Counted from the stretch's first letter, positions 9,299-18,733 are shown. The stretch: DNA of 64,000 nucleotides from Phormidium sp. (GCA_051013385.1 CP143273.1:1632001-1696000); one strand, 5' to 3'. The notes: generated by a model not told the origin, from the letters alone. Program-made: numbers and translations.

Positions 9299-9982
9299 AT
9301 GGCTAGAATTTTACTCATTGATAATTATGACAGCTTTACCTACAACGTTTCTCAGTGTTTTAGCGTTCTTAAACTCGGAACAGCTAACCCTATAATTGAG
9401 GTTATTCGTAACGATCAGATTACTGTAGAAGAGGTGAGAGAAAAAGTGAAAGATGGTTACTATAAAGCAATAGTGATTTCACCTGGGCCAGGTCGCCCTT
9501 CAGACGCAGGTATAACAATGGATTTAATTAGAGATCTGGGGCCAAGTTATGAAAGTGAACAAGAATTTTGGCCTGGGATTCCTATTCTTGGTGTTTGTCT
9601 GGGACATCAAGCAATTGGTGAAGTATTTGGCGGTCGTGTTATCTTAGCACCTGAGCCAATTCATGGTAGAACTTCACCAATTTATCACCAGGGAAAAGGT
9701 ATTTTTGCTGGCTTACCCGGATACTTTATGGCAACTCGCTATCACTCGTTGATTGTTGAGGCAGAAACCTTACCAGAAGTGTTAGAAGTTACTGCCAGAA
9801 CGGAAGATGGGTTAATTATGGGTCTTCAACATCGTGAATATAGATGGATTCAGGGAGTTCAGTTTCATCCTGAAAGCATCTTGACAGACGCTAAGGTTCG
9901 TGAAGGGTTATTACAAAACTTTCTTAACCTTATTTCAAATCCTACAGAGGATGAATCTGTTGCTGGAGGTTGGGAGGTATAA
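9299..9982 (+). CDS. class I glutamine amidotransferase (TrpG/PabA-like)
   Basis: Motifs IDNYDSFTYN, SPGPG, GVCLGHQ, RYHSL and QFHPES. Confidence 0.9.
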   Translation: MARILLIDNYDSFTYNVSQCFSVLKLGTANPIIEVIRNDQITVEEVREKVKDGYYKAIVISPGPGRPSDAGITMDLIRDLGPSYESEQEFWPGIPILGVCLGHQAIGEVFGGRVILAPEPIHGRTSPIYHQGKGIFAGLPGYFMATRYHSLIVEAETLPEVLEVTARTEDGLIMGLQHREYRWIQGVQFHPESILTDAKVREGLLQNFLNLISNPTEDESVAGGWEV

Positions 9983-9996
9983 TTTTTGTAACTGGT

Positions 9997-10053
9997 TAAT
10001 TGCTGGAACAGAACCGAAAATTAGACAAAAATTAGCAACTAAAACCGAGCAAA
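9997..10053 (+). repeat. degenerate copy of the plsY 3' end
   Basis: 50/57 identical to 3214-3270. Confidence 0.85.
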
Positions 10054-10107
10054 GTTTAAAGGGAAGTTAAACATCAAAAGTCAACAAGGGAAAATAGGCA
10101 ATTGACG

Positions 10108-10296
10108 ATGAAATTAGACCGAATTACCAGGAATCCGAATCGCATGAACGGACAACCCTGCATTCGTAATCTTCGTCTTACGGTTCGTCGGGTAATTGAA
10201 TTATTGGCAACTTATCCTGAACGAGAAGAACTATTCCGAGAGTTCCCTGAATTGGAAGAAGAAGACATTCAACAAGCTCTGATTTTTACATCTTGA
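10108..10296 (+). CDS. DUF433 family antitoxin-like protein, probably truncated, orphan
   Basis: Motif RITRNPNRMNGQPCIRNLR...EFPELEEEDIQQAL; no toxin gene downstream. Confidence 0.7.
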   Translation: MKLDRITRNPNRMNGQPCIRNLRLTVRRVIELLATYPEREELFREFPELEEEDIQQALIFTS

Positions 10297-10311
10297 TTTA
10301 GATTAATTTTA

Positions 10312-10458
10312 GAACGCAGATGAACGCAGATAAACGCAGATGAACGCAGATGAAATACAGATAAATTTACCCATTGAAAAGGTATAATTTTCTCTACTGT
10401 ACACCCCTGCCCCTCTGCCCCTCTGCCCCTCTGCCCCTCTGCCCCTCTGCCCCTCTGC
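10312..10458. repeat. tandem repeats (GAACGCAGAT)n and (CCCCTCTG)n
   Basis: Directly visible arrays. Confidence 0.85.
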
Positions 10459-10463
10459 AACCC

Positions 10464-11264
10464 CTAACCGCCTAATTCTTTAGATCTGCGATAAGCTGCT
10501 TTCACTGCTTCAATGATTGCCGATCGCAAACCTGCTTTTTCTAACTCAGCAATTCCCGCAATAGTCGTACCACCTGGACTAGTTACTCTATCTTTTAACT
10601 CAGCTGGATGCATTCCTGATTCTTTCAAAAGTTGGGCTGTACCCAATACAGTTTGTAAAGCTAACTGAGATGCGATCGCTCTCGGTAAACCCGCAGCTAC
10701 TCCACCATCACTCAAAGCTTCAATTAATATTGCCACATAACCGGGGCCAGAACCCGAAAGTCCAGTCACCGCATCCAACATAGTTTCGGGAACTTCCACC
10801 ACTTCGCCCACAGCTTGAAAGATGCGTTTTGCTTGTTCCAGGTGTTCCGGTTTTACTAGCTTACCGGGTGCGATCGCACTGATCCCCGCCCCCACCGTCG
10901 CCGGAGTATTGGGCATAGAGCGAATTACAGGTTGCTGGGGAAATGCCGCTTCTAACTTACTTAAAGGCACTCCCGCTAAAATCGAAATGATTAACGAAGA
11001 TGCCGGAACTTCGGATAATTCGATCGCCACCGCTTCAAATACCTGCGGTTTAATTGCCAAAAATAACACTTCAGTAGATGCCGCCACTTCCCGATTTTCT
11101 CCTGTTACCCCAACGCCGTATTTATCCGCTAAAAAACTGCGCCGTGAAGGTAAAGGATCGCTAACTAAAACATCCGATCCCTGATAGATTCCCAGATTAA
11201 TTAAGCGGGATAAGAGAGCTTCTCCCATTACCCCGCCGCCAATCACACCAAACTTAATTGTCAT
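10464..11264 (-). CDS. proC: pyrroline-5-carboxylate reductase
   Basis: Motifs GGGVMG, RSMPNTP, SGSGPGY and VTSPGGTT. Confidence 0.95.
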   Translation of the reverse strand: MTIKFGVIGGGVMGEALLSRLINLGIYQGSDVLVSDPLPSRRSFLADKYGVGVTGENREVAASTEVLFLAIKPQVFEAVAIELSEVPASSLIISILAGVPLSKLEAAFPQQPVIRSMPNTPATVGAGISAIAPGKLVKPEHLEQAKRIFQAVGEVVEVPETMLDAVTGLSGSGPGYVAILIEALSDGGVAAGLPRAIASQLALQTVLGTAQLLKESGMHPAELKDRVTSPGGTTIAGIAELEKAGLRSAIIEAVKAAYRRSKELGG

Positions 11265-11390
11265 TTGTTATTTGTCAATAGTCATTTGAAATTTAAGTAG
11301 TAAGTAGTGGGTTCAAGTTTTAACTTTTCAATTAAGAGACTCAAAAAGGCAACTTTTCCCACTACCCACTACCTACTACCTAGTACCTAC

Positions 11391-12005
11391 TTAAAGAGAC
11401 TGAATGAAACGTTGCTCAGTGGTATTTGTCCAAGTGGGTGTAGGAGTTGTCCGAGCCGGACGTGCTGGTTGATTTTGAGGTACTTCGTGAATTACACCAG
11501 ACTGGGTGCTAACTTGTACGCAGCTAGGAGTAAACAAGAAAATGCTTTCGCCAATTCTTTCTTGATGACCATCGATCGCGTAAGTACCACCTGCGATAAA
11601 GTCTACAGCCCTTTGCGCTTGGTCGGGGTCCATCATTGTCAGGTTTAACACTACTGATTTCCGTTCCCGCAAAGCTTGAATTGCTTGGGGCATTTCTTCA
11701 AAAGTGCGTGGTTCCATTACCAGCACTTCCGAAAAGCCATTGTTAACTCCCGGCATTCCAATCACGTTGTTCATTGTTGAGCTAATATTTGTATTTGTGT
11801 TTGTGGTTTCTGGTACTACACTCATGCGATCGCGTAACCGACGACGTTGGCGACTGTCTTCTTCCGTTGTAGTTGGTTGGGTATTCTGTTCTTGGTAGTT
11901 GTTTTGGTACTTACCTCTTTCGTCTACCTCGTCGTATTCATCGTACTCGTAACTCGCTGGTTCATTAAGACCAACGAAATCCTTGAGTTTGCTAAAGATA
12001 TTCAC
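11391..12005 (-). CDS. sepF: cell division protein SepF
   Basis: Motif [23 protein letters not shown]; pipY-sepF-proC synteny. Confidence 0.95.
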   Translation of the reverse strand: MNIFSKLKDFVGLNEPASYEYDEYDEVDERGKYQNNYQEQNTQPTTTEEDSRQRRRLRDRMSVVPETTNTNTNISSTMNNVIGMPGVNNGFSEVLVMEPRTFEEMPQAIQALRERKSVVLNLTMMDPDQAQRAVDFIAGGTYAIDGHQERIGESIFLFTPSCVQVSTQSGVIHEVPQNQPARPARTTPTPTWTNTTEQRFIQSL

Positions 12006-12390
12006 GGTTTTTTACACTCCATTGAAACTAGAGTTCAGTGACGTATGCCAGACTTTAAATGTGACACAATTCAAGACTGGCTGCTCTGTTGAAGATTTGT
12101 CTTCCAGAGCGAGAGTTTTATAGTGAAGCTACGCCCAACTCCACTGGTGGGAGTATACCTGCATTAGTCAAGGCTACCCGACTTCAGGGCTGAGGTTCGC
12201 TTCCACGATTTAAACTAAGGTACTGAACCGAAAAAGCACCCTATTTTATTTATCACGTCTTGACGCTGCAAATATATTAGCGAATGCTTGGTTTAATTCT
12301 ACAGGTGAACAAGAATAATCAATGCTGCATTTCCAGAAATAAATTTTTTCTTTAGTTTACAGCTTTCTTAGTCTCTAACACCATTCGATA

Positions 12391-13074
12391 TTAAGACCGT
12401 TCTCCAAATAGTGTGCGTCCTAAGCGTACCATTGTTGCACCTGCTTGGACTGCTAAATGATAATCTTCAGACATTCCCATTGACAAGTGTTGCATTTGAA
12501 TATGCGACCAATTTTGCTGCTGAATTTTCGCCGCTAGGGAGCGTGTATTTTGAAACAAGCTCAAAATTTCCCCTTCGGTTAAATTCTGGGGGGCAATTGT
12601 CATTAACCCACTGATTTGTAAGTTTTGGCACTGATTAAGTGCTGGTAAATCCTGAAAAAGTTCCTCCTCTGTCCAACCATACTTATTGGGATCGGGTAGC
12701 AGTTTTACTTGCAGCAAAACTTGAGGATTTGTGGACAAAGATGTTGCCAAACGATCCAATGCTTGCGCTAACTTCAAACTGTCTAGGGAGTGAATCCACT
12801 GAAAATGTTCTAAGGCTTTTTTCGCCTTGTTAGTTTGTAAATGACCAATTAAGTGCCAACTAATATCGGGTAAATCTTGCAGTTGAGATTGTTTGGCTGC
12901 GGCTTCTTGGACACGACTTTCACCAAAGTCGCGAATGCCCGCTGCGTATGCTTCCCGCATCGCCTCTACTGATACCTGTTTGCTAACAGCAATTAAGCGA
13001 ACGGTTTCTGGTAATTGTTGGCGAATTGTGGCGATGCGATCGCTAATAGTGGTAAACAATTGAGATGAACTCAT
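12391..13074 (-). CDS. pipY: PLP-binding protein PipY (YggS family)
   Basis: Motifs LIAVSK, FGESRVQE, WHLIGHLQTNK, LSMGMS and VRLG. Confidence 0.95.
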   Translation of the reverse strand: MSSSQLFTTISDRIATIRQQLPETVRLIAVSKQVSVEAMREAYAAGIRDFGESRVQEAAAKQSQLQDLPDISWHLIGHLQTNKAKKALEHFQWIHSLDSLKLAQALDRLATSLSTNPQVLLQVKLLPDPNKYGWTEEELFQDLPALNQCQNLQISGLMTIAPQNLTEGEILSLFQNTRSLAAKIQQQNWSHIQMQHLSMGMSEDYHLAVQAGATMVRLGRTLFGERS

Positions 13075-13788
13075 CAAAATTCCTTGGGTCTGAAACCCCG
13101 TGCTTTAGCACGACTTTGTGTTATTATAGTTGGATGAGTTAACACCCCAACAGGATGCAGACTATATCTGTAAAATGTAAGCTTCAAGTCCCTGTAGAGT
13201 TGCGGCATGAAATAGACCGCACTTTGCAGGGTTTCGCCGATGCTTGCAACCAGATATACGAGGTAGCTACAGCAGAGAATTGCTGGAATACAACTAAGCT
13301 GCATCACTTGGTTTATAAACCAGTGAGAGCAGCTACAGGTCTGAAAGCAAACCATGTTTGTCAAGCGATTCGTCGTGTTATTGGTAATGCCAAAGCTGTT
13401 AAACAAGTTCACAAATTCAGAGCGACATCTATTAGTTTGGATGTTCGGACTTTTCAATATATTGAAGAACTGCAAACTGTTGGCGTTACTTTGATGTGTG
13501 GTCGAGTCAAGTTCAAATTGAGTATTGGCAATTATCAGTTGGCTTTGCTCAGAGGGCAGAAGCCAACAGCTGCTACTCTCAATAAAACTAAACAAGGTGA
13601 CTACTACATCAATATCTGTGTCGATCTGCCTACCGAGCCTACAGGTAAAACACCTAAAGTCATTGGTGTCGATTTGGGTCGCAGGGACATTGCTACTACC
13701 TCTACTGGTAAAGCGTGGAACGGCAAACAGATTGAAAGCGTTCGAGATCGATACAGCAAAGTTAGAGCTAAGGTTCAATCCAAACTTA

Positions 13789-14409
13789 TTAAAGAGCTTC
13801 ATCTTGTTTAACCCCTCTAAAATTCATCTTTTGAATTAACTGAGAGATTTCTATTTGGCGCTCAATATTTCTGTCAACTCCCCATCCAAGCTTGTTTTTT
13901 TTCAAGCTTCCTAGTTCTTGCAGTAACAAAGATTGAGGTTTTTTCAGTTTTAAGTAAGGAATAACCTCTTCTAACATTGAATTAAGTTGCTGTCCACTAC
14001 ATTCAAATCGATGCAAGTCTTTCCATTTTGGTTGATTAATTCTGCTTGTTCTTGTTATCGTCCCAACACTCGTGATTTCTTGTAACCATTTAATTGTTAA
14101 CTCATCACACATAGAGACAATCAGTTTGTAATTGACAACAACTGAGTTTCGTGATTTTCCAACACTTGCCGTTAAACAACCATCTCCATCAATCAATCCA
14201 GCAATATAAGCGGCATCTGCAACACTTAAGTTGTTGCATTGCTTTAAATCGGTTCTCCCCCTTGGTTTTCTGCCATTTTTCTTTAAGAAAGATCGCATAG
14301 AAGGTTCTGTCACGTCATACATTTGACATAACTCTTTTACTGAACTTCCTCTATCAAACTTTGCAAGAATTTCATCTCTGTTTGGATGCAGTTTATTGGG
14401 TGTTGCCAT
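13789..14409 (-). CDS. LAGLIDADG homing endonuclease-like protein with N-terminal HTH-like domain (206 aa)
   Basis: Single motif AAYIAGLIDGDG, downstream PYLKLKK, N-terminal GSSVKELCQMYDVTEPSMRSFLK. Confidence 0.85.
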   Translation of the reverse strand: MATPNKLHPNRDEILAKFDRGSSVKELCQMYDVTEPSMRSFLKKNGRKPRGRTDLKQCNNLSVADAAYIAGLIDGDGCLTASVGKSRNSVVVNYKLIVSMCDELTIKWLQEITSVGTITRTSRINQPKWKDLHRFECSGQQLNSMLEEVIPYLKLKKPQSLLLQELGSLKKNKLGWGVDRNIERQIEISQLIQKMNFRGVKQDEAL

Positions 14410-14422
14410 CTTTGCAAGCCTT

Positions 14423-14452
14423 TGTTCACTACTATTATAGTAGCACTGAACA
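14423..14452 (-). promoter_or_regulatory. TATAAT -10 box inside an interrupted palindrome upstream of the LAGLIDADG gene
   Basis: Minus strand reads TGTTCA-gtg-CTACTAT-A-ATAGTAG-TGAACA; TATAAT is at 14439-14434. Confidence 0.6.
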
Positions 14453-15013
14453 GTAGACGCCCTAGGAATTCGAGAAGACTTCTTAGAAGGCTCTCTGGGA
14501 GAGAACAAAGATTTCAAAAGTGGTTGAACCACAATATTTCTAAGCAGCTTGTTCTGATGGCTAAACAATTTAATGCGGCATTGGCTTTTGAGGATTTGAC
14601 TAATATCAGAGAATCCTTGAATCAAAAACCAAGGAGTAAAACTGAACGTCGCAGAACTAACAATTGGGCGTTTTACCAATTGCGGTTGTTTACTCAATAC
14701 AAAGCCAATATTGCTGGAATTCAAATTGTATTTGTTCCACCTGCATACACAAGCCAAACCTGTTCTCGCTGCTATCACATTCACCCGGTTAAGGGTAAAT
14801 CCTATCGCAACGGGAAGGTTTTTAAGTGTGGGCATTGTGGACTGGAACATGATGCTGATGTGAATGCGGCTAATGTTATTGCTGCTTTGGGGGCTTCTAT
14901 GGTAAGCAGTCCCGAAAGTCCGGGGATGAGTTGTCAATTAGAGGGGCAATTGTCTCTCTTTCAGATGTCTCAGATCTGTGGCTAAAGCTCCGTACCTTCA
15001 GGTCAGAGTAAGC

Positions 15014-15283
15014 TTACTGAAAAGTGCGCTGGTGAATCAACATCAGCTTATCGTATTCTTCAGTTTGACCTGCACGCCTTAACATTCTAAGGCGATTTTC
15101 TACCAATAAGCGCGAATCAGAACGGCTAATTGGTTCGCAGGTTAGTCCACCAACGGAGGTCATTACCAAAAAAAACAGACGCTGGGCATAGAGTGTGGTA
15201 TACAACTCTTTATGTTCCTCCAACACGCAAACTCGGTAAAGCAGGCCAAATGTAGGATGATTTAGGTAAGTCTCGTTACTCAT
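15014..15283 (-). CDS. pipX: PII-interacting protein PipX
   Basis: Motif ETYLNHPTFGLLY...TLYAQRLFFLV. Confidence 0.95.
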   Translation of the reverse strand: MSNETYLNHPTFGLLYRVCVLEEHKELYTTLYAQRLFFLVMTSVGGLTCEPISRSDSRLLVENRLRMLRRAGQTEEYDKLMLIHQRTFQ

Positions 15284-15339
15284 TAATTCGTCAAAGTGGG
15301 ATAATTAATAACGGTTTCAGCTATAAAAATTGACTAGCA

Positions 15340-15493
15340 ATTTTAGATTTTAGATTTTAGATTTTAGATTTGGGATTTGGGATTTTGGGTGCAAGCCCCA
15401 ACCGAAAGTGGGGCGGAATAAATCTAAAATCCAGAGTTTTTGAGCTTTGTCCCCTTGTGGGTGGGGCTTTCTCGAAAATCGAAAATCGAAAAT
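15340..15493. repeat. inverted heptamer arrays (ATTTTAG)n ... (AAAATCG)n with internal palindromes
   Basis: Directly visible. Confidence 0.75.
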
Positions 15494-15757
15494 CGGTTGA
15501 CATGGCAGGACAGTATGGATGAGTGCAGCTGTTGGATAAAATAGCAAACGCTTTGTTCTAAAGGAGTATAAACTTTTTGCTTGCATCTTTCACCAAACAA
15601 AGCACTTGTATCTTTACCCTGGCTATCCAAAGTAGTTAATTTCTATTACTCTTTAATTACTCTATAGCAATTAGGGTCATTTGATGACAATAACAGATTG
15701 CTATTTTACAACGAATGATCAGCGATGATTAATGGTGTCCTTTGTTACTAAAATTTC

Positions 15758-16717
15758 TCACATCTCCCCATTACCCCAAATTACGCGCATTCCCCAAAAT
15801 ACCGCTAATCCTGCCATTGCTAACCAATCTATTCTTAAAAATCGCAGTTGATGCCATTTTACTTGATGTTGATTTGGGCTAGTGAAACCGCGTACTTTCA
15901 TGGCGCTAGAAATTTGTTCGGCGCGTAGTAAAAGGTTTTGTAATAGCCTTTCTGCTACCATCAACCAAACTTTCATACTTCTGCGAATGCCTAATTTTTT
16001 CCAGTTAATTGCCCTTGTCCAGATCGATCGCACTAAGTTCTGAATTTCTTCTAATACTAACGGAATAAACCGCAAAGATAAAGTTAACGTTAGCGCAATT
16101 TCGGTTACAGGCCAATTAAATTTTCGCAGCGGTTGCATTAAACTTTCAATTCCGGTGGTAATTTCTTCCGGTGCAGTGGTTAATAAGAACAAATTGGTAC
16201 TATAAATTAAAGTAAAGAGTAAAGTACTAACGCGAATTGCTAACTCTAAAGACCTGCGAGTAACGGTAAATGGGCCACTTTTGAATAGGATATAATTATA
16301 TTCCGAAAAATCCCCAGCTTGTCGTTGTGGCTTTTGGGGTTGGGTAATTTGCGGAGTTTGCTTGTTTCTTGCTGCCTCTGTTGCGGGAGTCACAGGAATT
16401 ACGCCATTTTCGGGGAGTCTTGGTTGATAGCTTACTGCTAGCCCGTCGGGTGCGATCGCGCTTAAAATAAACACCAGAAAAGTTAAAATTAGCAACCAAC
16501 CCATTTGTTGTCGCCACACTCGCAAAGGAATTCTGGCTGTTAATGTCAGTATAATTAATAATAATACTAACCCAATTCGCAACAGAGAATTAGCCAAAAT
16601 AGGCGCAAATAAAAAACTCATTAACCAGGCAAGTTTTACTCTCGGATCGAGTTTATGTAACCAAGTTATCGGTTGTTCTAAATACAGTCCTAACGGTAGT
16701 GTTTTTAATAAGTCCAT
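15758..16717 (-). CDS. ECF transporter transmembrane component T (CbiQ/Ycf92 family)
   Basis: Motifs LDPRVKL, LTTAPEEI, SLRFIP and AMKVRGF. Confidence 0.85.
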   Translation of the reverse strand: MDLLKTLPLGLYLEQPITWLHKLDPRVKLAWLMSFLFAPILANSLLRIGLVLLLIILTLTARIPLRVWRQQMGWLLILTFLVFILSAIAPDGLAVSYQPRLPENGVIPVTPATEAARNKQTPQITQPQKPQRQAGDFSEYNYILFKSGPFTVTRRSLELAIRVSTLLFTLIYSTNLFLLTTAPEEITTGIESLMQPLRKFNWPVTEIALTLTLSLRFIPLVLEEIQNLVRSIWTRAINWKKLGIRRSMKVWLMVAERLLQNLLLRAEQISSAMKVRGFTSPNQHQVKWHQLRFLRIDWLAMAGLAVFWGMRVIWGNGEM

Positions 16718-16776
16718 CTGGCAATTTTCGATTTTCGATTTTCGATTTTCGATTGGGAATTTTTTGATTCTTAGAT

Positions 16777-17134
16777 TTATTTGGGCTTTTGAGTTAGCGT
16801 TTTGATGGAAGCGACTGTCATTGCTAAAATTTCATGGTTCTTCCAACATCAGACTTTTAAGCTTTTCGGCAGGCATTAATCCCGACTCTATTAACAACTC
16901 CATCCAATATAAACTTTCATCAGCCTCTTCTTCCACTATTCTGAGTTTCGCAATCAAATCCATTCTAGATTTAGCCCGACAAGCAGCACGGTAATTTGCT
17001 CCTACAGATGTAGCTGAACGTAGTAACTGCTTTCCTATTACTCCAGAGGTGGGATTTTGGGGAAGCGCATTTACCAAGGGAATTACTCTTAATGCGAATA
17101 ACTTCGTTCTATTTTTAAACTGTTGCTCGTCCAT
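16777..17134 (-). pseudogene. four-helix-bundle protein, frameshifted near the 3' end
   Basis: Motifs QLLRSATSVGANYRAACRAKS and EEEADESLYW. The tail HEILAMTVASIKTL continues in another frame to 16777. Confidence 0.75.
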
Positions 17135-17205
17135 GAGGATGCAATATTGTTGAGCTATTCTACCTCAAAACCAATCGAAAATCCAAAATCTAAAATCTAA
17201 AATCC

Positions 17206-18567
17206 CTAGACGCGAGTGGCACGGTTTTTACTTCCGCTTTCTACTTCACGGGTTTTCTTTCCTCGCCAAAGTAACTTCAAGGGTGTACCTTTGAAGCCTA
17301 ATTGTTTGCGGAATTGGCTTTGAATATAGCGGCGATAGTTATCATTAAAACGTTCGGGATCGTTGACGAAAAGTACAATTGTTGGCGGTTCGCTGGCTAC
17401 TTGTGTTCCATAATAAAGTTTGCCTTGTTTACCTTGACGGCTAACAGGTGGACTATGCCATCTTAAGGCTTCTTCGATTACTTCATTAATTACCGCAGTG
17501 GATACCCGACGTTTATGTTCGGCGGCGGCGACTTCTACCAAATCGAGGATTTTTTCTACTCTTTGTCCGGTTTGGGCACTCACAAAAATTCCCTCAGCCC
17601 AATCCATAAAATTCAAACGAGATTGTAGTTCGTTTTGATGATCGTAAATGGTGTAGGAATCTTTTTCTACAGCATCCCATTTATTGACGACAACTACACA
17701 AGCCCGACCTTCTTCTTCAATGCGTCCGGCTAATTTTTGGTCTTGTTCGGTAACGCCATCTAAAGCATCAATTACTAAGAGGACGACATCGGCGCGACGG
17801 ATAGCTTTAAAAGCGCGGTTAATGCCGAAGAATTCTGGGCCATATTCGACGTTTTTCTTTTTGCGAATTCCGGCGGTGTCAATTAACCGAAACTGTTTGT
17901 CGTTGTGTTGAATAACTGTGTCGATCGCATCTCTAGTAGTTCCCGAAATTGGGCTAACAATTGCGCGATTTTCCCCAACAAAAGCGTTTAACAAACTAGA
18001 TTTTCCTACATTTGGACGACCGACAATTGCCACTTTAATTTCTTCGGTGTCGTCTACTTCTTCAATTGGTGGCAAATAGGTAATTAATCGATCGAGTAAT
18101 TCCCCCGTACCGTTACCATGAATTCCAGAAACAGGGTAAGGTTCGCCTAATCCTAATTCCCAAAATTGGGCAGCTTGAGTTAAACCTTGATCGGGAGATT
18201 CGCATTTGTTAACTGCTAAAAGAACGGGTACTTTTTGAGTCCGCAACCATTCTGCGATTTCTTCATCTCCTGCTGTTGGCCCTGCTTGTCCATCTACTAC
18301 AAATATAGCGGCACTTGCTTCGGCTAATGCTGCCATTGCTTGTTCGCGGATCAATGGTAAAAATTCGGTGTCGTCGTCAAAAACTAAACCACCAGTATCA
18401 ACAACAGTAAATTCCCGATCGCACCAGTAAGCACGCCGATAAGTGCGATCGCGTGTTACTCCTGGTTCATCATGAACAATAGCATCCTTTCCCCCTGCCA
18501 AACGGTTGACAATGGTTGATTTGCCCACATTTGGGCGACCGATAATAGCGACTACAGGCAATGGCAT
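17206..18567 (-). CDS. der: ribosome biogenesis GTPase Der (EngA)
   Basis: Two GRPNVGKS G domains; DTGG and DTAG. Confidence 0.97.
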   Translation of the reverse strand: MPLPVVAIIGRPNVGKSTIVNRLAGGKDAIVHDEPGVTRDRTYRRAYWCDREFTVVDTGGLVFDDDTEFLPLIREQAMAALAEASAAIFVVDGQAGPTAGDEEIAEWLRTQKVPVLLAVNKCESPDQGLTQAAQFWELGLGEPYPVSGIHGNGTGELLDRLITYLPPIEEVDDTEEIKVAIVGRPNVGKSSLLNAFVGENRAIVSPISGTTRDAIDTVIQHNDKQFRLIDTAGIRKKKNVEYGPEFFGINRAFKAIRRADVVLLVIDALDGVTEQDQKLAGRIEEEGRACVVVVNKWDAVEKDSYTIYDHQNELQSRLNFMDWAEGIFVSAQTGQRVEKILDLVEVAAAEHKRRVSTAVINEVIEEALRWHSPPVSRQGKQGKLYYGTQVASEPPTIVLFVNDPERFNDNYRRYIQSQFRKQLGFKGTPLKLLWRGKKTREVESGSKNRATRV

Positions 18568-18633
18568 GATTCAAAAGCAAAAAGGCAGTAATGGTGTTGA
18601 AGCTTCAACCTTACTATTCTAGCTACTAGTTCA

Positions 18634-18733
18634 CAGTATGTAGTTGCGCTTTAGCGCCAAAAACCCCCAAACAACAAAACTTATCTATATTTTCAGTATG
18701 TAGTTGCGCTTTAGCGCCAAAAACCCCCAAACA
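18634..18733. repeat. two copies of a 40-bp REP-like unit, period 60
   Basis: CAGTATGTAGTTGCGCTTTAGCGCCAAAAACCCCCAAACA at 18634 and 18694. Confidence 0.85.

Larger units (their letters stand above)
13155..14985 (+). pseudogene. tnpB: RNA-guided endonuclease TnpB split by a 673-bp insertion (13155-13784 + 14458-14985 gives 385 aa)
   Basis: RuvC-I GVDLG lies in the 5' half. AFEDL, CSRC/CGHC and DADVNAA lie in the 3' half. The halves join in frame as VQSK|RPRNSRRLL. Confidence 0.9.
13075..15017 (+). mobile_element. non-autonomous IS200/IS605-family element (tnpB only)
   Basis: Left-end hairpin CGTGCTTTAGCACG has guide GAAA, which predicts the observed flank TCAT. Right-end guide AAAG predicts the observed end TTAC. 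Removing the element restores the pipX/pipY ATGA overlap. Confidence 0.9.

Noticed and set aside
13785..14457. Group I intron, IStron or intein interrupting tnpB
   Set aside because: The ORF is antisense to tnpB and fills 621 of 673 bp. I see no room for a ribozyme core and no in-frame intein motifs.
13789..14937. 382-aa minus-strand ORF as one protein
   Set aside because: The first ~160 codons are the antisense of tnpB. The LAGLIDADG protein most plausibly starts at ATG 14409, behind its own -10 box.
18634..18733. Mini CRISPR array
   Set aside because: Only two units, belonging to a dispersed REP family seen elsewhere in the window; no cas genes.
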